From an uncultured delta proteobacterium (lineage in GTDB: Bacteria > Myxococcota > Myxococcia > Myxococcales > Myxococcaceae): a stretch of 64,000 bases of DNA. The DNA is taken from the NCBI GenBank assembly GCA_963796055.1, contig CAWCKH010000002.1, positions 128,001 to 192,000 of the forward strand, read 5' to 3'. This document shows positions 49,552 through 59,582 of this stretch, piece by piece. Within the stretch, counting starts at the first letter, position 1; each line of letters begins with the position of its first letter. The notes under the pieces are model-generated. The model was not told the origin of the DNA, did not search any database, and saw only the letters and a list, made by a program, of their open reading frames with translations. The position numbers and the translations under genes were made by a program.

Positions 49552-50903
49552 TCGCCGCCTCCTTTCGAGCTCCTGATCTTGTCCATCAGCGCCTTCTTCT
49601 TGTCTCGCAGGTACTGGCCAATCCAGTCGCGTACTCGGTCTTCTTTCGCTTCGGTGATGCCCTTGGCCAGCTCATCGAGCTCCGTCTTCCACACCAGGCG
49701 GAGTGCCTCTTTGTCGTCGTCGCTCAGCCCGTCGACGTTCACCTTCCAGCTGTTGTCGAAGTCCTGCAACGCGGCATCGAGCCGCCCGGGGAGGTTGAAG
49801 CGCTCGATGTCTTCCCAGGTGTGGAGGTTCTCGGACAGCTCGAGCAGCTCCTCGACCGTCTTGTCACCGACCGGGCCGACGAAGACGTCGCGGAACTGGC
49901 TCATGAAGTCTTCGTAGCCGTGCTTGAGCTCATCCATGAAAGGCTTGACCGCGTCGGCAGCAGCACGCGCGAGCAGCAGCGCATCTTTCTGCCCGCCGGA
50001 GGTGGGACATCCCGATGCAAGGGACTCGGCGTTCGCGGTCGTCTCGTTGTACTCGCGCGTCGCCGATTCATAGTTCGTTCGCTTGACGAACTCGCGAACG
50101 CTCTCCCGAATCTGCGTGAAGAGAACGACAAGGGTCTCCTCTTCCCGGTTCATCTGGCTCAGCGCCTCTACATAAGTGGAAATCCCCTTCTTGTAGGGCC
50201 CGAGCGCTTGCATGACGTGCTGAACCGCTGCCTTCGCGAGCTGCTTGACGACATCCTTCCAATCGTTGGGAGTCGCGTTTGGATCCAGCTTGACGTTCGA
50301 CGCTTTCTCCGCGAGCCAGCGCTGCTCCGCAATCACCTTCTCGACCGTTTCCTTGAAGAGATCCTGGATCTGCTTGGTGGTGCCGGCGACCTTGTCGTCG
50401 ATGGAGCGATCGCTGTCGCCCAGCGACTTCCACTTCGCCTCGAGCCGATCCGCCTCGACATCGAAGTTGATGGAGTTGAGAAGCGCCTGCGCCGACATCC
50501 GAGCCGGCGTCATCCGGCCGCACTGAGCGAAGAAGGCGGCCTCTTGAGTCGAGACCGTCTGGGCGAAGGCGCACAGCTCAGGAGCGACCGTCGTCGCGTC
50601 CTTCAAAGCGTCCATGATCTTCTTGGCGGCCTCCGCGCTGTTCTTGGCGTAGTACTCGGTCCACTTCGCCTGGTAGGCTTCCGGCGACGGAGAGGAAGAT
50701 TCCTCCTTCAGAATCGCGAGTGATTCCTGCAGCACCTCGTCTCGCCACTTCGAATACTTCTCCAGGTCGTTGGTGAAGCCGGTGTAGCGGGCCAGAACCT
50801 TCGCCTGGTCCGCGCCATGCTCCCCGGCCTTGGCGGTGTCCGTTGCCTCAGGTGTCCTGAGGCCCGACAAGATCTCTTCAATACGGGCGTTGTAGAGAAC
50901 CAT
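49548..50903 (-). CDS. Helical/coiled-coil hypothetical protein
   Basis: About 450 aa, rich in Ala/Glu/Lys; no TM or signal peptide. Start at 50903 or 50921. Confidence 0.8.
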   Translation of the reverse strand: MVLYNARIEEILSGLRTPEATDTAKAGEHGADQAKVLARYTGFTNDLEKYSKWRDEVLQESLAILKEESSSPSPEAYQAKWTEYYAKNSAEAAKKIMDALKDATTVAPELCAFAQTVSTQEAAFFAQCGRMTPARMSAQALLNSINFDVEADRLEAKWKSLGDSDRSIDDKVAGTTKQIQDLFKETVEKVIAEQRWLAEKASNVKLDPNATPNDWKDVVKQLAKAAVQHVMQALGPYKKGISTYVEALSQMNREEETLVVLFTQIRESVREFVKRTNYESATREYNETTANAESLASGCPTSGGQKDALLLARAAADAVKPFMDELKHGYEDFMSQFRDVFVGPVGDKTVEELLELSENLHTWEDIERFNLPGRLDAALQDFDNSWKVNVDGLSDDDKEALRLVWKTELDELAKGITEAKEDRVRDWIGQYLRDKKKALMDKIRSSKGGGE

Positions 50904-51500
50904 GGCAAGCGACCTTCTCACCGGAGGTGCGGCGATGCACCGAGATGTGGGGGGAGAAAAGCAACCTGGCCCCGCTGTTCAGCGACAATCATCCGAGGAG
51001 GCGGACGAGCGCGTTGGGATCAGGGGTGACGGGCGGAGGAGCCGGACCAGCAGATCGCGTGCGCGGGTGCGCCAGGGCGAGGACTGCGCGCGATAGAGAC
51101 TCTGCATCGACACGACTCCCAGGACTCGGGCTGCGACCCAGGCCCTCCCGGTCCATGGATCCGGTCTCCAGCGGAGGACACCGGACCCCCGCCAGCGTTG
51201 CGTGTCCGGTGCCCCGCCCTTCGTCAGCGAAGGACCTCGAGCTGCTCCTGCGTGAGGCTCGTGTCCTCGCCCTGAAAGTCGATGGGATTCATCTCGGCCC
51301 ACCGCACCGAGCACGGGAAGCTCAGCGCGCGCGCTCCGTTGGAGCCAGTTACCGGAGAGGGGCTGGTGGCGGGACGCACAGTGGCCACTCGCGGCGATTT
51401 TCGAGACGCCCGGAGTCCGCCAGTTGCTGGGACAGCGGGACCACATCGATGAGCGATAGACGCTACGGCGGGCTCAATCGGCCCGTTGGTCGTTCGAGGT

Positions 51501-52334
51501 TCAGCGAAACGCGGCGAGCCAGGCAGCCACGGGGACGCACCCCGTGGCGACGGCGAGCAAAGCCTGAGCGGCCCGGTTCCGCAGCGGCGGCAGAAGCGAC
51601 ACCGTCGCGCCGGCCAGCACGCCGCAGAGAAATCCGCAGAGATGGCCAGTGAGGTCGGCGCGCTTCGACGTTCCCAGGAATGCAAGCAGAGCGAGCCCGC
51701 CACCCAGGGGGATCCAGGCACGGCGGTCGTGCCGAGGCAAGGCTGCGAGTGAGCCCACGGCACCGAAGGCGGCCGTCGAGGCCCCGATGGAGACGAAGTT
51801 TTGCCGCATGACCTCGGCGGCGGCGAGCGTACCTGCGGCGCCCGAGAGCAGCACCAGGGCGCTCGCCAGCCCCGGGCCGACGGAGCGTGCGAGCAGCGCC
51901 AAGAGGAGTCCGCCCAGCACGGCGTTGCCCGCGACGTGACCAGCGTCGCCGTGCAGGGTGAGCGCGGTGACTGCTCGCCAGTACTCGCCGCGTAGGATCG
52001 CAGCGGCGTCCGCGCTCCCCCGCTCGAACCAGGGTGAGCCGGCGGAGTCCGGACCCGTCCAGACGTACATCGCCAACAGTGCGAAAGAGAACACGAGACC
52101 GCAGGCAACCGCTCCCGCTGTGGAGTGGACTGGCTCAGGACGGCGTACTTCCAGCGGGTTCTCCCGCTCGAACGCAGCGACCACTGCCTCCGCACGCCCG
52201 GCGTCCTTGTCGTCAATGTGGATCGCCCAGAGCTCGTCTCCGAGGCGGCGCACCTCGTGGGCAATGCCCTCCTGGTCCAGGACCAGCGATAGGTCCATCG
52301 CGCGGCGGAAATCGCTGGAGAGGCGCAGGAGCAC
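51501..52334 (-). CDS. Rhomboid intramembrane serine protease
   Basis: WRAVTALTLH...HVAGN, GAS catalytic Ser and DLTGH catalytic His. Confidence 0.92.
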   Translation of the reverse strand: MLLRLSSDFRRAMDLSLVLDQEGIAHEVRRLGDELWAIHIDDKDAGRAEAVVAAFERENPLEVRRPEPVHSTAGAVACGLVFSFALLAMYVWTGPDSAGSPWFERGSADAAAILRGEYWRAVTALTLHGDAGHVAGNAVLGGLLLALLARSVGPGLASALVLLSGAAGTLAAAEVMRQNFVSIGASTAAFGAVGSLAALPRHDRRAWIPLGGGLALLAFLGTSKRADLTGHLCGFLCGVLAGATVSLLPPLRNRAAQALLAVATGCVPVAAWLAAFR

Positions 52335-52806
52335 GCGGGCAGCCTACATGGCGCGGTCCTTACAGGAGAGCGCCGCCGTGGCGGTCCTCTCCGTTTCCTC
52401 CAAGCAGCGCCGCGTGCTCGACCGCTCACTTGCGACCCAACGGTGAAGTGACTCCGCCGCGTGACTTGCAGGCGGCAGTGCGCGCGCTCGAGAGCCTTGG
52501 ACACGTTTAGGACGCACCCCGGTGTTCCGCGCCCTGGTGAGAACGTCGCGCGGTCCCGCCTTCGTCCGGGTCTTGACCCCGACGAGGGTTGCGTAGGTGG
52601 CCTCGCCCTCCCCCGCCGACCCCCTTTGCAGGCCCAGACAGCGCAAAGCCGAAGCGCAGAGTACGTGCCGGGAAAGTGGACCGTGCATGTCCACGTCGAG
52701 GATGGCTACCATGCCAGTCAGAGCACCCCCAGCCGTCGTGGCTGGACTCTTGTAACCGAGTCTCCGGAGAACCCGAGGCGGTTCACAACTCATAAGGGAG
52801 CATGCT

Positions 52807-54564
52807 GTGGCAGAGCACTCTGAGCCGGCTCACATGGCGTCCCCCGCGCCTCCGGTATTGGTCGTCGTGGATTCGGATCGGCAGGACCGCATGGCGACTG
52901 AGTCGGCGCTGGTTCGCCGCTTCGAGCCGGACTACCGCGTGGTGACCGCCGACTCTTCGACGTCCGCGCAGGCGGCGTTGGAGCGGTTGGCGAGCCAGGG
53001 TGAGGACGTGGCGCTGATCGCCGCCGATTTGCGGCTGCCCGGTATGGACGGCCTGGCGTTCTTGGAGCGCGCGCAAGAGTTACATCGGGGTGCGAGTCGA
53101 GTGCTGTTGATAGCCATGGATCGCTATCACACCCGGATTCCCTTCACAGAGTTGGCGACATTGCAGCGAGCGACCGCGCTGGGCCGGATCGACTTCTGGA
53201 TTGTCAAGGGGTGGGTCACCCCGGAGGAGTGGCTGTATCCGCAGGTGCAAGAAGCGTTGAGCGCATGGACCATGACCCACCGACCGCATCACGTGGTGTA
53301 CCGCATCGTCGGTGAGCAGCGGGCACCGCGTAGCCACGCCCTGCGGGACGTGCTGAGCCGAAACGGCGTGCCGTTCGCTTTCTATCCTGTGGACTCACCG
53401 CAGGGACAACAGCTGCTGCGCGACTTTTCAGTTGACCCAGCACGGCTTCCGGCCCTGGTCAGCCACGACGGCACGGTGCTGCACAATCCGAGCTTCGCCG
53501 ACATTGCCGGCGCGCACGGTATCCAGGTACAGGCGGCCGCTGAGATCCATGACCTAGCGATCCTTGGTGCCGGACCGGCCGGGTTGGCAGCCGCCGTGTA
53601 TGGAGCCTCCGAAGGGTTGCACACCGTCGTCATCGAGCAGCTGGCCATTGGTGGCCAGGCCGGTACCAGCTCACTGATTCGCAACTATCTGGGCTTCCCG
53701 CGTGGCCTGAGCGGAGGTGACCTGGCACACCGGGCGTGGCAGCAGGCGGTGCTGTTCGGGGCCCAGTTTGCTTTCACCCACGGGGCCATCCGGTTGACAA
53801 CGACCGGGGGCCATCAGGTGATCACGCTCGACGACGAAAGCGAGGTCGTTTCCCGGGCGGTGATCATTGCGACGGGTGTGACGTACCGCCGCCTCAATAT
53901 TCCTACTCTGGACCGGTTCGTCGGCACAGGAGTGTTCTACGGCGCCGCCGGCGTGGAAGCGCCGGCGATGGCAGGGCAAGAGGTGTATGTCATTGGCGGG
54001 GCGAACTCGGCCGGCCAGACAGCCCTGCACCTCGCGAGGTTCGCCAACCGGGTTACATTGCTGGTCCGTGGGCAGTCACTGGCCGCCGGCATGTCCGACT
54101 ACCTAGTCAGGCAGCTGGAGGAGACCAAAAACGTCGAGGTCCGCCTAGAGACGCGCGTGGTCGACGGCCGCGGCAAGATCCACCTCGAAGCCCTCACGTT
54201 AGAGAATCTCCGCACTGGTCGACAGCAGGAGGTCCTAGCAACAGCCGTGTTCGTGCTCATCGGCGCGGAACCGCACACCGATTGGCTTCGCGATGTTGTG
54301 AAGCTCGACGAGCGTGGGTTCATCCTGACCGGCCGCGACATTCCGCAATCTGCATGGCCTGGACAACGGGCACCGCTGCCGTTCGAGACAAGTGTGGCCG
54401 GGGTGTTCGCAGCCGGGGACGTCCGTTTCGGGTCGGTCAAGCGTGTCGCCGGTGCCGTTGGCGAAGGATTGGTCACCGTGGGCTCGGTCCACCGATACCT
54501 TGCCGACGCGGTGGCCGGGACTCGCTCAGTGTCTTCGCAAACAGATCGAGATGCCCGAGTATGA
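52807..54564 (+). CDS. Receiver domain fused to a TrxB-like FAD/NAD(P)H oxidoreductase
   Basis: LVVVD...IAADLRLPGMDG (REC); GAGPAG, GGQAG, IATG, GGANSA and FAAGDV. Confidence 0.92.
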   Translation: MAEHSEPAHMASPAPPVLVVVDSDRQDRMATESALVRRFEPDYRVVTADSSTSAQAALERLASQGEDVALIAADLRLPGMDGLAFLERAQELHRGASRVLLIAMDRYHTRIPFTELATLQRATALGRIDFWIVKGWVTPEEWLYPQVQEALSAWTMTHRPHHVVYRIVGEQRAPRSHALRDVLSRNGVPFAFYPVDSPQGQQLLRDFSVDPARLPALVSHDGTVLHNPSFADIAGAHGIQVQAAAEIHDLAILGAGPAGLAAAVYGASEGLHTVVIEQLAIGGQAGTSSLIRNYLGFPRGLSGGDLAHRAWQQAVLFGAQFAFTHGAIRLTTTGGHQVITLDDESEVVSRAVIIATGVTYRRLNIPTLDRFVGTGVFYGAAGVEAPAMAGQEVYVIGGANSAGQTALHLARFANRVTLLVRGQSLAAGMSDYLVRQLEETKNVEVRLETRVVDGRGKIHLEALTLENLRTGRQQEVLATAVFVLIGAEPHTDWLRDVVKLDERGFILTGRDIPQSAWPGQRAPLPFETSVAGVFAAGDVRFGSVKRVAGAVGEGLVTVGSVHRYLADAVAGTRSVSSQTDRDARV

Positions 54565-54764
54565 CGCGCGGGGGTCTTGGAAACGAGGTTAGAAGCACCG
54601 AGCCGAGCCGGCGTGCGCGCCCCCGGGGACCCGGCTCACCCCACCTCGGCGAGCAGGCCCCTTGAACTGGAACAGTGCTCACGTTCGCGTCCGGCGGTCC
54701 CGGAGCCGAGGCACTCTCGCGAAACCATCCGACGGCACGGCCGGACTCACTTTGGTGTCGGTGC

Positions 54765-55073
54765 CTACTTCGGTGGAGGGGTCGTTCCGTGGGGCATCGT
54801 GCCTGCCTCCGAGCCCATCGCCCCGGGGCCCGTGCCGGCTCCCTGGCCGTCCATCATCCTCTGCCCGGAGCCCGTTCCCGGGTCGTGCATTGTCCCCTGC
54901 GCCCCCGTTCCCTGGTCGTGCATTGTCCCCTGACCCCCCGTTCCCTGGTCGTGCATTGTCCCCTGACCCATACCGCCACCCTGCTGCTGTGGCGTCGGCG
55001 CGGGTGGACATCCGAGAAGGGCTAGAGTGCCGGCGAGAACGGCGGCAATGAACAGCGTCTGACGTGTCTTCAT
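54765..55073 (-). CDS. Small His/Met/Gly-rich lipoprotein
   Basis: LLGC lipobox; (GQGTMHDQGTG)x3. AGGAG RBS; downstream of copB on the same strand. Confidence 0.75.
   Translation of the reverse strand: MKTRQTLFIAAVLAGTLALLGCPPAPTPQQQGGGMGQGTMHDQGTGGQGTMHDQGTGAQGTMHDPGTGSGQRMMDGQGAGTGPGAMGSEAGTMPHGTTPPPK
54871..54968. repeat. Three 33-bp tandem repeats (coding)
   Basis: CCCGTTCCCTGGTCGTGCATTGTCCCCTG core repeated with a 33-bp period. Confidence 0.9.
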
Positions 55074-55497
55074 GGCTCTCTCCTGCTGGTAGATGCGACT
55101 GCGCTCCACCGCTTCCAATGCGAGTGGGCGGAACCGGTCCGCTGTCCCTGGTCTGACGGTCTCAGCGGTCGAATCCCAACGAGCTCGAGCTCGTCGGCTG
55201 GCAGCCTGGTCCTCTCGCTAAATCCGGGTCGAGCGCGGTAGGACGCCGAAGACACCGGGCTTCGAGTGTATGACCGCATACGGGGCGCGCCAGGACGACT
55301 GTGAGTGCGTCTCAGACCGTGAACAGGTCCGCACTTCCCAACGCCTGACTGACTCATTAGGACGAGCTCAGAACCTGCGCACCCGGACTGCCTGCCCGCG
55401 CAAACCGTGCGTGGGCTGGGGCCCTGGCTTGGTGCTGAGTCCTCCTTCTCCCGCGCGCCGACGTCGCGACCTATCGGCAGCGGTCGCCCTATGGGCT

Positions 55498-57548
55498 CTA
55501 CAGCCGAACCCGCCTTAGAAGCTGAGCGTTCAACGCGACGATGACGGTGCTCGCCGACATGAGCACTGCCCCGACCGCGGGATGCAGCACAATCCCCCAC
55601 GGCGCGAGGACACCTGCCGCGAGCGGAATGGCGACGACGTTGTAGCCGGCCGCCCACAACAGGTTCTCAATCATCTTCCGGTAAGTCGCGCGGCTGAGGA
55701 TGACGATGCGGGGCACGTCGCGCGGGTCGCTCCGGACCAGAACCACGTCTCCCGCCTCCACCGCGACCTCGGTACCGGCACCCATGGCGATGCCGACGTC
55801 CGCTGTCGCGAGGGCGGGAGCGTCTTGACCCCATCGCCGACCCTGGCCACCCTTTCCCCTTGTCGCTTGAGCTCGGCAATCGTCTCCGCCTTTCGGTCGG
55901 GGAGCACCTCCGCGTGCACGGTATCGACACCGACTTCGCGGGCGACCGCCTCTGCGACGGCTCGTGAATCTCCGGTCAGCATGGCCACGTGAATCGACAT
56001 CGCCTTCAGCCGAGCCACTGCCTCGCGCGATTCGGGCCTGGTCGCATCCGCCACGGCCAGGGCTGCCACGACATGCCCGTCGACGACGAGAAAGACGACC
56101 GCCTGTCCACGGGTCGCGACCTCTTCCGAAAACGTCTTGAGTTGGGGCGGCAGGGTGACGCCGAGCCGGAGCAAGAGATTCGGACCGCCCACCATCCATT
56201 CACGCCCCTCCACTGACGCCCGGACGCCCTGGCCAGCGATTGCCTGGAAGGAGGTGGCGGCGGGGACTTGAAGGCCCCGCTCTTCGGCAGAACGAACCAC
56301 CGCCCTGGCGATGGAGTGCTCTGAGTCGCGTTCGACCGCCGCTGCGACCCGGAGCGCGTCCTCCTCGGAGGTGCCGCTGACGGTTCGGATGCCGACCACT
56401 CGATGCTCGCCGAGCGTCAGGGTTCCGGTCTTGTCGAAGACGACTACATCGAGTTGGCGAGCGTCCTCGAGGCCGCGACGCTCCCGGATGAGCAGCCCGG
56501 AGCGCGCCCCGACCGTCGTGGAGATGGCAATGACGAGCGGGATGGCCAGACCGAGGGCGTGCGGGCAGGCGATGACCAGCACGGTGACTACCCGCTCGAC
56601 GACGACCGCCCCCGGTGCCCTCAGGGCTAGCCAGACGACCGCGGTCACGATTGCCGAGGCCACCGCGACGATGGTGAGTAGGAGCGCCGCGCGGTCTGCG
56701 AGGGCCTGGGCGCGTGAGCGAGAGGTCTGCGCCGTCTCGACGAGTCGCATGATCCGCGCCAGCGTCGTTCCCTCGCCTGTGCCGGTCACCTGGACACGAA
56801 GAGAGCCAGCACCATTGACGGTCCCGGCTACCACCCGGTCACCGTCGCGCTTCACTGGACGGGACTCGCCGGTGATCATCGACTCGTCGGCCATACTCTC
56901 GCCCGACTTCACCACCCCGTCCGCCGGGACCCGTGCTCCCGGTCGAACGAGGACCAGGTCCCCGTCCCTCAGCGCGGAGAGCGGGATTTCTTCCTCCCGG
57001 TCAGCGGCGATGCGAACGACCGTGGCGGGCAGGAGCCTCGCCAATGCCTTCAACGCGCCCTGCGCCTGGACGATGGACCGCATTTCGATCCAGTGGCCAA
57101 GGAGCATCACGGTCACCAGGGTCGCCAGCTCCTCCCAGAGCGGCGTCCCGGGATAGCCGGCCGTCACCACCACGCTGAAGACAAAGGCGACGGCGATCGC
57201 CAGGGCAATGAGGGTCATCATTCCGGGGAGGCGGCTGCGAATCTCGCGAATCGCGCCCTGGAGGAAAGGCCGTCCGCCGTAGAGGAACACCAGCGTGCCG
57301 AGCACCGGAGGAATGAACGCCGAACCCGGAAACACCGGCGGCTCCCAGCCGAGTGCCGAGGGGAGCATGTGACCCCACGCCAGTATCGGGATGGTGAGTC
57401 CCACGCTCACGAAGAACCGGCGCCGGAACATCTCCACGCTGTGGCCGGCGTGGCGCTCGTGCCCTCCGTCCTCATGCACGACAGGCGCAAAAGGGGTGCC
57501 TGCCGCTGCGGTCATTTGTGGTGCGTGATGGTCATGATGACCGGTCAT
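55498..57548 (-). CDS. copB: P1B-3 copper-translocating ATPase (CopB-type), frameshifted near 55826
   Basis: His-rich N-terminus, TGES, CPH, DKTGT and SEH. GDGV(N)DAPAL is split by one missing base; YN and MSAS in the C-terminal TMs. GGAGG RBS. Confidence 0.93.
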
Positions 57549-57866
57549 TACTTCCTCCGGGGCCACCCCTCACCAGGACGGCGAATTGAGCTTGCGACTC
57601 CAGCCGTCGAGACGAAAGTCCGGGCACGCCTGTTGTCAGGTCCTCCATTGCGAGTTGGTGTGCACCCTCGGCATCTGCACCGAGGTCCTGGTCGCGACGT
57701 CGCCCTGGGCTCGTCTGCGCTCCGGAGCTACGCTGCGGATGTTTCGAGAATTCAGGCGTGGATCCGGATGTTCCAGATTCAACTGGAGACGGAGCGTCGG
57801 TTCTGCACGGAATCGACGCGCTTGTCGGATCCGTGTTTCGGCGGGTCAGAAAAGGAGCAACTGGAG

Positions 57867-58829
57867 ATGCGTACCCAACCTCGTTCGCTGCATCCCTCCC
57901 TCTCCGCCACCCTCCTCCTGACAGCCGCGCTGGGCGCTGGCGGAACGGTGGCCCTGGGTTGTCAGCGGAGCAACGGCCAGCCCTCGATCGGGCCCGCCAC
58001 CCCGACGGTCTCTCCGCCGGCGAGCACCGCGGCAGGCTCGATGCAATCGACCTCGATGGCTCAAGCCGCCGATGGGGGCACTGCTGCCAGCGAAGCAGCC
58101 ACCTACGCGGAGCTCGAGGGCCTCTACAGGGAGCTCGCCGGCACGGGGGCCTCGCCCAAGGAGCCGTGGGCAAGCCTGGCGCGCCAGATGGCCGAGATGC
58201 ACCAGCTGATGGTGAGCGGCCGCCCGATGGGCGGGCCGGGGACGATGGGCGGCCCCGGAATGATGGGCGGGCAGGGAATGGGCGGGCGACACGGCGCGAC
58301 GATGGGCGGCCGCGGCATGATGTGGCAGCGCTCGTGCGCCCTCGACACCTGGAATCGAGGCATGGCCACGTTGAGTCAGAAGAGCGGCGAGGCGGCGCGT
58401 TCCGCCGGCGATACCAAACTCGCCGAAAAGCTTGGCGCCGTCGCCAAGAAGCACTCGGAGCTCGCCGAGCAGGTCGGCGGCCAGCCCGCCGCTCCCGCCA
58501 CCGAGACGGGCCAAGACGGCAGCGCGATCTTCGCCGCGGCCTGCTCGCCCTGCCATCGCCCCCAGGGGGAAGGGGTGCCGGGCGTCTTTCCTTCCCTTCG
58601 AGGTGATCCAGTGGTCCTCGGGTCTGATGAACGCCTGATCAAGACCGTGCTCGGAGGCCTCAATGGCCCGCTCGCAGTCGGCGCGCAGCACTACTACGGT
58701 GTGATGCCGGCGTTCGGCGATCGTCTCGACGACCGAGCACTCGCGGCCGTGCTCACCTACGTCAGGGGTGCGTGGGGAAACAGCGCGCCGCCGGTTACCG
58801 CTGAACGGGTGGCCGCGCTACGGAAGTAA
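57867..58829 (+). CDS. Lipoprotein monoheme cytochrome c with Met/Gly-rich central region
   Basis: ALGC lipobox; MGGPGTMGGPGMMGG; CSPCH, GVFPSL, GVMPAF and LTYVRGAWGN. Confidence 0.88.
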   Translation: MRTQPRSLHPSLSATLLLTAALGAGGTVALGCQRSNGQPSIGPATPTVSPPASTAAGSMQSTSMAQAADGGTAASEAATYAELEGLYRELAGTGASPKEPWASLARQMAEMHQLMVSGRPMGGPGTMGGPGMMGGQGMGGRHGATMGGRGMMWQRSCALDTWNRGMATLSQKSGEAARSAGDTKLAEKLGAVAKKHSELAEQVGGQPAAPATETGQDGSAIFAAACSPCHRPQGEGVPGVFPSLRGDPVVLGSDERLIKTVLGGLNGPLAVGAQHYYGVMPAFGDRLDDRALAAVLTYVRGAWGNSAPPVTAERVAALRK

Positions 58830-59276
58830 ATCGTCTCGGAGGAGACCTCGTGCGGAGTTGTCACCGGCATCCCCTCGCACGGGAAGGGCCCTGTTGTGCC
58901 GCGGCAGCCCCGCGCCGAAGCGCGACGGCCGCGGCCCCGACGTCGAGTCGGTCGAACGCCGGCGCGGGAGACGGACCGAGGCCGGCGCGGTGGGCCGAGC
59001 ACGAGCGGCGCCGCTGGACCCGCTGGTGGCCCGGCCCGCCCGTCGCGCCGTCCCACTCGCTAGGGCAACACGCACTTGGCCGCGCGCAAGAAATGCGCTC
59101 TCGTCTTCTGCATTCCACGGAATCGATCGACCCATTGAAGCGTTTGACGATTGAAGCGCGGCGGGTTCTCGCAGCACGCACGTCGGCCGCTCCGAGTGAT
59201 ACAAGGCACCCGGGGCGGGCACGTGGACGGCCAACGACGTGTCCACGCTCCGCCGCCTGGAAGATGGGGTGGCGCC

Positions 59277-59501
59277 ATGCACTGGTGGAACGATGGGGGT
59301 GGATTCGGGGGCTGGATGGGATTCGGATGGATCTTCGGCGTAGCGCTGGTCGCTGTCGTCTTCTGGGTGCTCTTCAAGTCCGTGCGCAGTGGATCGAGCG
59401 ACTCACCTGAATCACCAGAACAAATCCTCAAGCGCCGGTATGCGAAGGGTGAGATCGACCGCGAGACTTATCAACGGATGATGAGTGAGCTCAGAGGCTG
59501 A
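59277..59501 (+). CDS. SHOCT-domain small membrane protein
   Basis: MHWW..GGWMGFG, one TM, then ILKRRYAKGEIDRETY. Confidence 0.88.
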   Translation: MHWWNDGGGFGGWMGFGWIFGVALVAVVFWVLFKSVRSGSSDSPESPEQILKRRYAKGEIDRETYQRMMSELRG

Positions 59502-59582
59502 GCGGGTGAGCAACTTCAGCGAGCCCCCTGAACGAACGGAGCCGCTGGTCCATCGGGTCAGTCGCCCCCATCGCTCGGCGAG

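Noticed and set aside
51176..51292. 22-codon minus-strand ORF (MNPIDFQGEDTSLTQEQLEVLR) followed by a GC hairpin, upstream of the helical/PDZ pair
   Set aside because: Too short, with no RBS or U-tract, to call a leader peptide or terminator.
51501..52334. Rhomboid as the sortase for the MYXO-CTERM protease
   Set aside because: MYXO-CTERM processing is attributed to CAAX-type myxosortase, and the genes are about 38 kb apart.
55155..55185. CTCAGCGGTCGAATCCC resembling tRNA arms
   Set aside because: No cloverleaf, acceptor stem or correct arm spacing.
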